64,000 nt of DNA from Octopus sinensis. Lineage: Eukaryota. The notes beneath the pieces are model-generated. The model saw only the letters and a program-made list of their open reading frames with translations, was not told the origin of the DNA and made no database searches. Positions 12,619-25,697 of this stretch are shown piece by piece. The first letter of the stretch is position 1, and each line of letters starts with the position of its first letter. The translations under genes and the position numbers were made by a program. Location of the stretch: contig NC_043012.1 in the NCBI RefSeq assembly GCF_006345805.1, positions 28,892,001 through 28,956,000 of the forward strand. Reading direction: 5' to 3'.

Positions 12619-15125
12619 TAGCTTTATTTTTATAGCGTGCTTTCGTTTCACTATCGAGCGTAGCTCTGTGTGCCTTGGGTATGTGCTGTGATTTGTTGTG
12701 ATGCTCTGATGGTTATTGTATGGAAAGTGTTCTGCGTAGGATGTGTGCAGTGCCCAGTAGTGCAATTTTCTGTATGTTATATGTGTTTGTAAGTCCTGGT
12801 GTTTTTGTTATGCATTTGTCTGAATATTTTTTTATCATGCCTAATGCACCTACTATGATAGGAATTGTTTCTGTTTTTAGATTCCACATTCTGGTTACCT
12901 CTATTTCCAGGTCTTTGTATTTTGAAAGTTTCTCCATTTCTTTTAGAGACACGTTGTCATCCGGTGGTATTGATACATCAATTAGAAAACATGTTTTCCT
13001 TCATGATCTCTGACAACTATATCTGGTCTGTTGGCCTTAATTTCTCTATCTGTGTGTATCGGCATATCCCAGAGTATGGTTGCTTTCTCGTTTTCTGTGA
13101 CCTTTTCTGGTGTGTGCCTCTACCATCTTTTTTCTGTTGTTATTCCATAATGTTGGCATAGCTTCTAGTGTATGTAGGTTCCAACTCTGTTATGTCTGTG
13201 AATATATTCCTTCTTAGCCAGGACTGGGCAGCCAGAGATAATATGATTTATTGTTTCTTGTCCATCTCCACATATTCTGCAGTTACTTGTTATATTTCTT
13301 TTTATTACATGTTTTCGGTAATTTCTGGTGGGGAGGCTTTGGTCTTGTGCTGCAATTAAAAATCCCTCTGTCTCTGTTTTGAGTCCTGAGCTTCTCAACC
13401 ATTGCTGGGATTTTTCTTTGTCTATTTCTTTTGCATTTAGTTTAGTCCAGTATTTACCATGAAGGGGCTTTTCTTGCCATCGTTTTATCATGGTTCTTTG
13501 CTGTTCTATTTTTAGTTTGGATTTCATTTGTTTTATAGCTTTTGTTGTTTCTTCTTCTTCTTCTTCTTCTTCTTCTTCTTCTTCTTCTTCTTCTTCTTCT
13601 TCTTCTTCTTCTTCTTCTTCTTCTTCTTCTTCTTCTTCATATTTATTAGGTGGTATGATTTCTTGTTTGTATTTATCAGCTTCCTTAAATGCTGAGAACA
13701 GTTTTTTGTTTTGCTCGTGTTTTGCCGCTATTTGTATCAGTTTTCCTTCATTCTGAAGTAGATATTTTTGCAGTCCTATGGTGGTTAGTTTATAGTAGCT
13801 TTCCAGCTGTATAAGGCCTCTACCACCTTCTATACGTTGTATATATAGCCTTTTTATGTCAGATTTTGGGTGATGTATCCTAGATCCTGTCATTATTTTT
13901 CTTGTTTTCCTATCTATTTTGGTCAGTTCATTTAGTGTCCAGTTAAGGATATTGTAGCTGTAACTTATAACTGGGACAGCTAAAGTGTTAATACCTATTA
14001 TCTTGTTTTTAGCATTGAGCTCTGTTTTCAGTATTGATCTAACTCGTCTATAATATTTTTTTTTATTTTTTATTTCATTTGTGTGTGTTGTGTGTTATCT
14101 AGTTCATGGATTCCTAAGTATTTGTAAGTTTGGCTTTGGTCTAATTCTTTTATTTCATTGGTTTTATCTAGTGTGATGTTGCTACTCTTAACTAGTTTTC
14201 CTCTTTTCAGGGTTACCTTGGCGCATTTTTCTAATCCAAATTTCATATCTATTTCTTTGGTAAATCCATGAACTGTCTTTAATAGTGTTTCCAGCTGTTT
14301 GTCATTTGCAGCGTATAGTTTTAGGTCATCCATATATAAAAGGTGGCTGATCGTTTTGCCGTAACATTTATATCCGCATCCAGTTCTATTTAGCATATCA
14401 GATAGAGGTGACAGTGCCAAGCAGAAAAGGGGTGGAGAGCGTGTCTCCATGGAATATTCCTCTTCTAATGGGGATGGCTTTGGTTTTCATGAGTCCCTTT
14501 TTTGTTTGGAGCTGTAGCACTGTTTGCCATTTATTCATAGAGTGTCCTATGAATTTCATAGTTGTTGGTGCTACTTTGTTAATGGCTAATGTTTCGAGGA
14601 TCCATGTGTGGGGGGATGCTATCAAATGCCTTTTTGTAGTCAATCGAGGCCATACTGAGGCATTTCTCCTTTCTGTTGCTGTCTTCAGTTATGGCTTTAT
14701 TAATCCTTAGTTGATCTTTACAGCCATATGAGCCTTTGCGGCATCCTTTCTTCTCTTCTGGAAACAGGTTGTTTTCGTCCAGGTGCTTGTTCAACCTTTG
14801 CGATATCACTACAGTAAATGCATTGTACATTGTAGGGAGACAGGTTATTGGTCTGTAGTTTTCTGGTTTTGCTGTCTCATTTGATTTGGGAATTAAGATG
14901 GTTTTCCCCTTCGTGAGCCATTCAGGCATTGTCTCTGGCTCTGCTAGTATGTTGTTAAAGATTTCAGCCAGCTTTTTGTGCATTCCTGTTAGATATTTCA
15001 ACAAGAAGTTGGGGATCTTGTCATGCCCAGGTGCCTTCCAGTTGCTTAGTCTTTGCAGTGCCTGGGTGAACTCTTCAGTTGTTATGGGGGTCCAAAATTT
15101 GCTCAGATGCTGAGTTTGTTGTTTT
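12615..15125 (-). mobile_element. R4/Dong-clade LINE (RT, CCHC and REL endonuclease), 5'-truncated, inserted in (TAA)n
   Basis: NYRPITCLPT, IDYKKAFDS, RRGIFHGD, HLLYMDDLKLY, YKYLG, GGRGL, CRICG..ETINHIISGC, EKLSKYKDL..PIIVGALG. (TAA)n arrays on both sides (12505-12615, 15135-15203). Confidence 0.9.
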
Positions 15126-15132
15126 AATACTC

Positions 15133-15204
<72 letters not shown>

Positions 15205-16404
15205 CGTTGTTATTTATCCTGTCTAGGGCACTAGTATTCTGGATAGTGTCAATAGGATTGGCTGGGTTTTCGTTATGGTCTAAAGCATTGGGTTCTATAT
15301 TTGAGCTATGTATGTATTGGGGGCTCGTGTATTCAGAGTTGTTTCGGTGAATATTTTGATAATAGAGTAAGTTTTTATCTTTTAGAAGCTGTTACGATAC
15401 ACTCAAAGTTGTGTGGGGAAGAGTAGGATAGCTTTAAAGTAGATCTATTAAAGATAGAGTAATATTTATGTTGATGGGGGAAGTTGGAGTCTAATATATT
15501 AAAAAAAGGATTTTGCTAAGTTGTTAACATTCAATGAGAAGGGAGGTGTATACCATAGAATAGAGAGTCCATCGCTTTTTTTGGGAGGGAGTTTCTTGGG
15601 GGTAGTATGATATATACTTTTAGAAATTAGAGGGGGTTTAATTGCCTATTATCGTTGGCTGTTTTAGCTTTTGCCCTACTGTTATATGTGTACGTGTGGG
15701 ATCTAAGCTGTCTTAATCTGTGTTTTCCCGGGGTTCTAGAATAGTGCGCGTATGGTCTGTTATGATTCTGATGGTCAACATGTCGTGGTGATATGACTTG
15801 CGATATATGTTGCTTGAGCCTAGTATTAGAGATGTATTATATTTGTTGGGAGAAGCCGCTGAAAGCGAGCGCTTGGTTGCAGTATGGAGCGTGATTGAAT
15901 ATTTCTTGAGTGACTGAGAGATCACATATATAAATCGAAATACCCTTAACTATATTATCGAAGGTGGATTTATGGTGATTGGAATTAATGTTTAACTACT
16001 TAAGGTACTGGTTGCGATTTTCATTTTCTCTTCTTCTTTCTTTCTTTCTTTCTTTCCCTAATCCTTTAGACTCATACCATTTTTCTTCCTCCTAACATCC
16101 TTATCTATTCTATTCTCAAATTTTCATTTACACTACAAGATCCCTTTGAATGAACACCACATAGAATTAATAACTGCACACTATCCATTTGTAGTAACAA
16201 ATTATGAACTCCTGACAGAACTTACATACCATGGACAAGAAGCCTTTTTACCCATTCTATACAACACATTCCAGCATGTTTAACATCCAAAATATATTTT
16301 TATTTTTGTTCTTATATTTCCCAATATACTTCCTATATCTCTCTCATTCCAAAATAAATTCTTATATTGAACTCTACTAATTCCTTCTCTACCTCTCACA
16401 TATC

Positions 16405-16452
16405 GTCTCTGATGATGGGATATCTTTAATATTCCTGAAACAGCTGTAAGAC
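16405..16452 (+). ncRNA. Type I hammerhead (ACAGCTGT family), intact core
   Basis: GTCT-CTGATGA-T GGGATAT(CTTTA)ATATTCC T-GAAA-CAGCTG-TA-AGAC. Stem I perfect, stem III palindromic. Confidence 0.82.
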
Positions 16453-16522
16453 CAGCTTTCTCTTAATAAAATGTCCTAGAAATTTCACACCGCCTTGACT
16501 TTGTTGTCTCATCTTATTAAAG

Positions 16523-16554
<32 letters not shown>

Positions 16555-16614
16555 GTGCATGTATGTACGTACGAACGTACGTATGTACTTATGTATGTGT
16601 GTACACACATATAT

Positions 16615-16745
16615 ATCCTTTATTTGTTTCAATCATTCGACTGCCGCCCAGCTGCAGCACCACCTTGAAGAGTTTCCTCGAACAAATCGATATCATTGCT
16701 TAATTATTTGAAATCTAGAACTTATTCTATCAGCTTTGGTGAACC
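16615..16745 (-). mobile_element. SINE family A, diverged 3' fragment
   Basis: TTGTTTCAATCATTCGACTGC..CAGCACCACCTT..CTTATTCTATC resembles 38515-38620. Confidence 0.55.
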
Positions 16746-16749
16746 ATTA

Positions 16750-18520
16750 TGAAAATAAAGTAGGAAAGAAGACGCATGTGAACTACTGATGAGGAAGCTA
16801 CGTATCCAATACGCAAAACACTCAACGCGGGCATTATAGCGACAGGATACGTACCAACTGGTTAACCTGTGGCGGACAAAATATCGTTGTTACAGAGTAT
16901 GGGCAAAATATGGTTGTACGAAGTAGCCTCGTGTAGAGTAGAAAGGATGGAAGAAAGATGCAGTGTGTTTATCAGAAAATGGCCCGGTCTTCTACAACCA
17001 CTGAATACAACTGAACTATATGGAAAATCCGTGCTGCAACTACTGGTAACATCAATCGCCGAAGAATATAAGGTAGGAAGGGCAAGGACAGTAATGATGC
17101 TAAGGTATTCGAAAGATCAGAGTATCCGGGAAAACCCTCCAAAGGTACGAACAGAGAGGAAATGGAAAGTGGAAGAAGCAGTAAACAGGGCGATCGGAAA
17201 GCTAAGGCACGCCGATGTAATCGGAGCGACGTAAGAAGCAAGAGCCGGTCTAGGATTGCACAATTTCAAGCCATTTTGCATGAGCAGTGTAAAAGAGATG
17301 AAAGAGGCGGTGGTACACGAAGTGAGAAAGGAGGATGAAGAAAGGCGAAATGTACATTTGGTGCAATGTAGTCAACAGGGACAGTGCCTGAGATGGGAGG
17401 AATATGTGGTCAGTCGCAGAATCTCATGGAAGGAACTTTGGGCTTGAGAACAATCAAGAACATCCTTCCTGATCAAGTCTACCTTCGACTTTTACTTTCA
17501 CCGGCGAATTTAGTTCGGTGGAACATACCAACAACTGATGAATGTAGATGCTGATAGAAAGCGACGGTGTGACACGCTCTATCAAATTGCAGGCTAGCAC
17601 TAGACAGATATACATGGCGTCACAATCAAGTTCTTGCTGTCATATGTGCAGCATTCAAGGAGAAGATCGAGGGATATAATAGGGGAGAGTACCCAAAAGT
17701 GGAAAAGCGCGGAAAAATATACTTCCAGGAGGAGGGAAAATGACATAAAACCAGGCCTTCAAATAAAATATCCGAGATGGACGAAAGATGAAAGCGATTC
17801 TCGGAGCTGGCCGCAGATTTGGAAAGACTGTTAATATTTCGAATCTTAAAAACAACAATAAGACTTGACTTAATCCTATGGAATACAGAACGGAAAATTG
17901 GGATTTTGTTAGAGTTGCTAGTGCCATGGGAACAGAACATCGCTTATGCAGAACAACGGAAGGAGAGATTAATCGCAGAGTGCGAAGAACAGGGATGGAC
18001 TGTCGAGTATTACCACCTGGCAGTGGGGGCTAGAGGCTTCATTTAAAGTAAAATGACGACGGTGCATTTTCGAGCTCAAAGCTGAGAAAATTAATAAAGA
18101 GGATTGAGGAGGCAGTCGAAAAAGCCAGTTTCTATAAATGGCTGAAGTTAGAAGACCCAAAATGACTTGAAAGCCACAATATGCCGACTGGGAAATAGCG
18201 TTGCTAGGTGAGCAGCATCGCTGATTGACAGGTGGGCCAAGGTAGCGATCTCGTTCATAGCGTGCCCTCCTCCTGGTTCGAAGGCTTGTATCACCAAACA
18301 GCTGGTCAGCTCTGGCTGCTGGAGCCTACTGTCGAGCATTTAAAGGGAAATTTGACAGGATTGACATTCGTTGACACTGCATCGAAGAAAAAAGGAGAAA
18401 GAAGAAACGCACTTAACACAAAAGCTGAAGACACCTCCGAAAGGATGGGGGCCCCTCCATGTCGAAAACGTAGAGGAATAGGGGCCGAAACTGGACGTGG
18501 TTCCTCCTGATGATGTCTTT
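16750..18520 (+). mobile_element. HERO-like (REL endonuclease) LINE, 3' portion, degenerate
   Basis: LYGKSVLQL..SIAEEYKVGRARTVMMLR..VRTERKWKVEEAV..LRHAD, YTWRHNQVL and RLDLILW..LLELLVPWEQNI..ECEEQGW..VGARGF. Confidence 0.8.
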
Positions 18521-20413
18521 AGCCATTGGATCCTATAAAGGAGCTTTTGAGGTAGCGAACCACGAAGCGTGTTTGGAATTCCTCGTTATGGAGAATAAAA
18601 CCTAGTCCCACAATCCACACCCTACATATCAGCAAATTCAAAACTATATTGTTCCATTTAGGGACAATACAATATTACATGGCGATGTTATTTCATATAC
18701 TTAAGAATAAGGAACACATAACAGAAATAAGTCTTCTAAATGTGATAACTCCACTAACAACACAGTCATTAAGAAGTATACAGCAGAAATTGTTATACCC
18801 ACAGCGTTAGAAAGCAATAGTAGTATATTTTAAAATCATAACTGAAAAAAAAAATGTACTGATTCAGAATCGCCAAATTTACTGCCGAGAATAAATTAAC
18901 TTCAATTTTGGGACCCAATGTTATAGGTGACTTCCATCCTTAAGAGACCCATTAGAAAGCACAATCAACAGTTTCACGCTTAAAAAATATACTAAAAACC
19001 CTAGCTAAGAAGGGAATCATATTTATACATACTACAGTAGACTCTTATTCACATCCTGCAACAAAGACATATCGAGTGTAGCAAGAAAACTTAAGCCTTA
19101 TATGTGCATACGTTCGTATTTGTGTGTGTGTCTGTGGATACAATGACACATACATCCGAATATATATCAGGACAAATACAGGAGTTTAAAACACGTACAT
19201 TCAAGAAATAATAATAATTCATGATTGGAAGTTCTGTAAATAGACGACTGCATGATATCGTAGTAAAAAATAGAAGAAAACTCCAACAGATAATGATTGA
19301 TAGAAGCATATAGAAATCATACTAGATTGACAAAGTTTAAATAATATAATGAACATGTCAGCTCCAATCTCAATAACATCACGATACCATTAAACCATTA
19401 ATCTAAACTGACAAAATATTTGAGTCGAATGATACTATTTGAACTTTTCCTATTTTTCGAGTCATCTTTTACATGTCATACGAACAGAAACAGCTTCGAG
19501 TGAGTGTTCTCAAAATTTGGTTTTGCGTAAATTCATAAATAAGTAAATATATATACATTCTTGTTTTTAACAGTGACAGGCTGTCTTTCTCTCGACGCTT
19601 ACACACAGGCAGAGGAAATACACGAAAATACACGAATGTTATAAACGTTCAAATCTTATGGTGTATGCCTTCTCAAAGGATATTAGAAAGGTGTAAGTAA
19701 ATTATCTTCAACATGAGCTGAAATGGAATACAAATGACATAGGATAATCCGCGGCGTCCACCTGGCACTCATAATACTGAGGTTGGAGTGACGGGTTAGA
19801 GAGATAGAAGCAACTCTAGTATCTAATATTATGAATATTATCGATGTTTGTGGGATCTAGCAAGAGAGGGCTTATGATCCATTTGTAAAAAGGTATAAAA
19901 TGTGTGTATAATAATACTTAAATTTAGAATATTTTCGGTAAAATTATCCGTAAAGAAATCATGAGGGTCGGGTTAAAAGTCAAGAAACAAAAAAATTCCC
20001 CAACACCCCTTCCTCAGGAACATTCCTTTGGAATTCTGCTCTTGCTTCTCTTTCTTTTTCTTACTGCTAATCGACGAACACTTGCAGCCTGTTTCAACAA
20101 TTTACAAAGTCCTCTTTATCAGATAGACCAGTGGAACATAAGATTATGCATGGTTATTGCACAATGATTGTTGAATCTCCCCCTCTCTCAGATCATAACC
20201 TAGCGTCTTGAAAAATGGAAGAGTTCATTGGATAATATTATATTAAATATAATATTAAAAAAGACGAATATGTGATCACAAGTATGCCCTTGATAAGAGG
20301 TATGCTTGATAAACACGGATCTGGGCTTTAAAAAATATAACAATTAACTTAGGACAAATAACAGTGAAGATGAGAATAACTACTAACAACTCGGAATATA
20401 CACAGATATACTA

Positions 20414-20536
<123 letters not shown>

Positions 20537-21950
20537 AAGAAGAAGAAGAAGAAGAAAAAGAAGGGGGAGGAGGAGGAGGAGGAGAGGAGGTTATAACTCT
20601 ACGTAATATGTAAAAACAAGTTTACAAATTATAGTTTTTAGTTTTATGACGATGCCGAGATCAGTCTTTGTTCTATATCTTGGTCTAGCCTTCTCACTCT
20701 GTCTTCTTTTACAACTATGGTATAAAATTTCTTTTCAAAGATGATGATATTGCGAGATTTGCGAAAAACTAGGTTACCGTTTCCAGCCGTTCGAACATCC
20801 ACGCAGAGATTTTTTGTTGTTGTTGTTCTACATTGCCTTTCAGTGAAGAATGTCAACTTTTAATTGTCACTTGATAAAATATTTATATTTCATATCTTAT
20901 CAAGTGCCCACTTTTGGCATCGAAAAGTGTAAGATAGGAATGTAATGAAGAGTATAGTATGGAAAATGAAGAGTTTAAAGAGAGAAGATAGAGTAAGGCT
21001 ATGATGAAACTATAAATAAATAAGCGCAATTTGTGAGTAAATGACGTTGAATAAAATCAGCTGATGAATGTTCCATGTCCTCATTTCTATCCAAATTTCT
21101 ATTTCGTTTAAATATTCTTTGCAATGTGTATTTCAGTTTGTGTGGTTATATGTCATTTTCCCGTTTTATTCATGTTTATTCATACATTCACTCGTTCCGT
21201 TAATTTTTTTTGTGTTTAATGTCTCGTTTTATGCCACCTTGAGCTTTGGTGGAGTTAAGTGTCGTCTTCTGGTGGTGGTGGTGGTGGTGGAGATAGACTT
21301 TGCGTGTTCATGTGCATGTGCGTGCGTATATGAGTATACATGGATGTGTATGTTTTTGAATGTAGGTGTCTTTTGAGTAATATGCAGTTGCTACTCCTTA
21401 ACTAGCATGTAGTCAAAGTTACATACTTTCTTTGTCCAAGTTATATATCGTATAATGTGTTATAATTACTCGCAGTACTCGTGGAAATTCCACGGTCCAT
21501 GGTGTGGTACAGCATCAATCATAAACATCTCCCCACTTAGTAATAATATCCTGTCATTTCTTTCATAATCTTTTGATTAATTTCTACAAAATATTGTCTC
21601 TTCTCTTTGGTCATGGTTTCTCTTCTCGCTTCTGGCTTGCACAAAATATTCTTGATTATCATTTTCTAGTAATTCTCATTCTTTCCCTACTGGCTTCGAC
21701 TTCGTCGTTCGTCAGACATCTTCATGACTCATTTTCTTGTATTCGTTTCATTCCTTTTCGCGTGTCTAAGTTTCTTGGATACAGATCATACGGTAAGATA
21801 ATTTTGTACTGATGACGCTTGTTGGGGCAGAAACAAGTGTGCATTGCCGTTTTCGAATGTACTAGTCTCAATTGCCATCTGATAATTATGACACATCCTC
21901 TACAGGTGGACGATAGTTTTAATAAATGAAGCATTTATTGCTTCTAATTC

Positions 21951-21990
<40 letters not shown>

Positions 21991-22029
21991 TCACATATTA
22001 ATTTGAAGCAGCTCGAGGAATATAAACGA

Positions 22030-22510
22030 TATGGAACACACATATACAAGGTATGTGTATTGCTAGTTCCTGAGTAGGCTGCGCTCATAGGTGCAAGAGA
22101 ATATATTCTCGTCAATTCACCTGGAGCTATCTCGCTTATATATGGCTTCCAAGTGTTTTAACACCAGGTAAATTGATGAAAGTAAATTTTTTTACGCCTA
22201 CCCACGAACTAGCATAACACATGCTTTGTGTATGTGTGTTAAATCTTAATTTCATATTTGAATTTTTTCCGAAGTGTGAAACACTGGAACATGCCAGCAG
22301 ATGGACCTTAGCTTGCATCGGGCCTCATTTTGGGTACGCGGTATTGACAAGTCACAAAAATGACGAAACATCGATGTCTACCGTTCCTGAATGGGAGCTT
22401 GTCTATGATTTCCAGGTGTTTTAACGCCAGTCGGGTGGATGAGAATATATTCTCTTACGCTTTAAGCGCAGCTTACCCACGAACTAACAAAACACATACC
22501 TTGTGTATGT
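22030..22510. repeat. ~90-110-bp unit present once inverted and twice direct
   Basis: The motif CCAGGT..GAGAATATATTCTCTT..GCGCAGC..TACCCACGAACTA..AACACATACCTTGT is at ~22030-22125 (minus), ~22140-22235 and ~22400-22510 (plus). Confidence 0.6.
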
Positions 22511-23842
22511 GTATGTATGTGTGTGTATATATGTGTGTATGTGTGTGTATGTGTATGTATGTGTGCGTGTGCGTGTATGTGTGTATGCTTTAGAAACGTA
22601 GAAAAGAAAACAAAAACAATGAAATGAAATATTCTCACACCCCGTGTAAATATTTAAAAAATGTATATTTGCCGGTGAAATGACTGAGACTACACGGAAG
22701 TTGGACACAGATTGGTTATGTGCTGATGAAAATCTGTGAAGTAGATCCTCCCAACGGAAGGCATCAACCGACCTACGTGTGTACTGCAGTTATTTTTGAG
22801 GGAGAAATGGGATGCGTCAACAAAATTTATAAAGAATAAAATCGTTTGATGGCCCTGACGCTTTACTGTGGGGCCTATAATTTATACATCTGGCCATCAA
22901 CTACAACAAATAAATTAGTAAGTAAAATTCAATATTTGATATTCTTCAAATCACTCTTTTTTCCAGGTAATTTGGAACATTTACCAGCAAATCACAATGC
23001 AGTCCCTTAGCAGTAAATACGACTGTTACGAATTTCCCCAGCAAAGGTCTTGTACCGGTTTCATTGACATAAGGCGTCACCATAGTATGGATTTCACCAA
23101 CTGAAGGCGGGCCCATGCTTTCTCCAGGCACATACAAGAGCAGCTGTGTCTCCCACGAGTTCTCACGCACAAGCAGATACACAAACTACATACATAGAAT
23201 AGCACATTTTATATAAAACATACGTGTGTTTATGTTCACCGTGAAGAGAGAAAACTAGTCGTCATTACAGCGTTGGGAACAGTAAATGTTTATCTCTACA
23301 TTTATGACTGCTTGTAGTTAAAGTGACTTTCCATGTTGGAGTGTTAATGTGGGACCCCCCGTTTAGAAACACATGTTGTAAACGCATCTGTTGTACGTGT
23401 TGAACTTTGCGTACAACTCGCTTCTTGCTTTCTGTTCCTATATGAATTGCTCACTCCTTCTCTCTTCCTCACTCTCTTTCTCTCTATCTTTCCCTTTTTC
23501 TCTCTTCTCTACCTCTCTCACTCTTTCTCAACTGTCGTTACATTTTTTTACAGAATCAAGAATGTAGTTTTATATATATTTGCCACCTTATACCGACACG
23601 TAGAATGATTGAGAACAACATCCATAAGCATACACACATAGACACACACACACAAATGCCCCTGCACGATGAGTGAGGTACGGACTGGCAAAGATGCATG
23701 GGAAAGCGAGCAAACATGCACAGGAAAACGCATATGAGACATTAAAAAGAATATACACAAACATGTAAATTCAGCTATATTACATTCAGATAAACACATA
23801 CACACACATATGTGTGTGTGTGTGTATATATATATATGTGTA

Positions 23843-23922
<80 letters not shown>

Positions 23923-24024
23923 GTAGTAAACACATAAATGTGAAACAAGGTGGAAAAAAGAGTACTCAAATACCAGTGGTAGAGTAATATGCTTTATTTT
24001 AAGCAGCAGAAAATTCAACAAAAT

Positions 24025-24062
24025 CTGTTACTCTGAGTTTCTCGTTGCCGTTCATCAGACAG
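24025..24062 (-). ncRNA. Minimal type I hammerhead
   Basis: CTGT-CTGATGA-A CG(GCAA)CG A-GAA-ACTC(A)GAGT-A-ACAG. Confidence 0.72.
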
Positions 24063-24074
24063 TTTTTGCAAAAA

Positions 24075-24112
24075 CTGTCTGATGAACTGCAACGAGAAAC
24101 TCAGAGTAACAG
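24075..24112 (+). ncRNA. Minimal type I hammerhead, mirror copy with a stem II mismatch
   Basis: CTGT-CTGATGA-ACTGCAACGA-GAA-ACTCAGAGT-A-ACAG. Confidence 0.6.
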
Positions 24113-24169
24113 ATTTTGTTGAATTTTCTGCTGCTTAAAATAAAGTGTATATATATATATATATATATA

Positions 24170-24293
24170 CAACGCGCTTTCTTAAATTTCCGTCTACCAA
24201 ATCTACTCACAAGGTTTTGATCGGCCCGAGGCTATGGACCTGGAAGCATATCGTTGGGAAGCAAGCTTCATACTACATAGCCACGCCTGCGCC
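24170..24293 (-). mobile_element. SINE family A, 5' half with internal deletion
   Basis: TTTCCGTCTACCAAATCTACTCACAAGG..GCCACGCCTGCGCC matches 38790-38937. Confidence 0.7.
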
Positions 24294-24452
24294 TATATAT
24301 ATAATATATACATAAGCACATAGGCATGTACATGTATACGCATACATTATCTGAATATATATAGATATACTGCGTGAAGGTACGCATGTGTGTATATGTA
24401 TGTATGTATGTATGTATGCATATGAGAATATATGTATATATATGTATGTGTG

Positions 24453-24527
<75 letters not shown>

Positions 24528-24990
24528 TATATATATGTATGTATGTATGTATGTGTGTATGTATGTATGTTATGTATGTATGTATGTATGTATGTATGTA
24601 TATGAGAATAATGCTTTTACTAAAAATATTATCGTTAATTTCCGCCTGCTTCGCTAAAAATAGAAGTCAAAATACTTCTAAGCTACAGAAGAATCACAAA
24701 ATTGAATACAGGCATGATAGGAAAAAACTTTTAGTAAAGAAGAATGTCTGTTTATTGTCTATCAACACCGTTTGTCACTTCTCCCCATATCATTTTATCA
24801 ATACACCAACACATACACGCGCAGACTGTTCTCCCATCCCCCTGTTGATTATTCTGACCAAATTTTCTAATCTTGAAATGCCTTAATGAACATTATAAAC
24901 GCTCTTAATTTATACTTTTCAATGCATTCCTTATTTTCTCTTGTGCTTTCTCTCTTTATCTATATGCGTGTGTGTATGTATGTGTGCGTG

Positions 24991-25022
<32 letters not shown>

Positions 25023-25207
25023 GTGCGTGTGTGTGTGTGTGCGAGCGTGTCGTGCATGCGTGTGTATGTTTGTGTGTTTGTGTGTATTTATGTATGGATA
25101 TGCGTGCTATGTATGGACACGTATATACATGTGTGTTTTTACGTGTGTGTCTGTTTTTGTCTATATGTACAAGTATGTTTTCCTCTCTTTCCCTATATGT
25201 ATATATG

Positions 25208-25370
25208 TAGGCGTGGCTGCGTTGTAAGAAGCTTGCTTACCTATCACAGGGTTCCGGCTGATTCCTACTTTCTGCATCGTACCTTGGGCAACTATCTTCC
25301 ACTATAGCTGTGGGGCTACCAAACCCTTGTGAGTGGGTTTGGTAGACAGAAACTGAAAGAAGCCCGTCGA
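25208..25370 (+). mobile_element. SINE family A, 5' half
   Basis: GGCGTGGCTGCGTTGTAAGAAGCTTGCTT..TTTGGTAGACAGAAACTGAAAGAAGCCCGTCG. Confidence 0.7.
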
Positions 25371-25455
<85 letters not shown>

Positions 25456-25697
25456 ATCTATCTATCTATACCATCTACTACCAGTCAACTGATCTCGCCC
25501 AGTTTCTTCTTCCTCTCCTTCCCTTATACTTTTTGTTCTTTCTTCCCCTCTTCTAATACTTAATTCTCCTTACATTTATATACACACTATCATACTGTGC
25601 CCTCCACACATTCTGATTGAATCTTCTTTGCGTCAACATATACCTCCTTGCGACAATGTAACCTTTAAAATCTAATCAAGCCTTTAAAATCTAAAAT

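Larger units (their letters stand above)
10780..16520 (-). mobile_element. Penelope-like element (linker plus GIY-YIG remnant) with ~480-bp inverted terminal repeats, each carrying a hammerhead; hosts a Dong-like LINE
   Basis: 10780-11260 is the reverse complement of ~16025-16520. The GIY-YIG reading frame lies at ~11985-12445 on the minus strand. Confidence 0.8.
23921..24145 (-). mobile_element. Small fold-back element: 154-bp spacerless palindrome (23992-24145) containing two opposed hammerheads
   Basis: 77-bp arms with one mismatch, centre at 24068/24069. The tail 23921-23991 is shared with 51999-52070. Flanked by (TA)n. Confidence 0.85.

Noticed and set aside
16787-17545. CTGATGA words at ~16787 and ~17535
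   Set aside because: They lie in LINE coding sequence with no stem II/GAAA arrangement.
21805-21844. CTGATGA-CGCTT..GGGCA-GAAACAAGT hammerhead-like string
   Set aside because: The cleavage-site base would be G and the stems are mostly wobble pairs. Compatible with chance.
22030-22510. CRISPR-like repeat array
   Set aside because: Units are long, diverged and in mixed orientation, with no regular spacers, in eukaryotic DNA.
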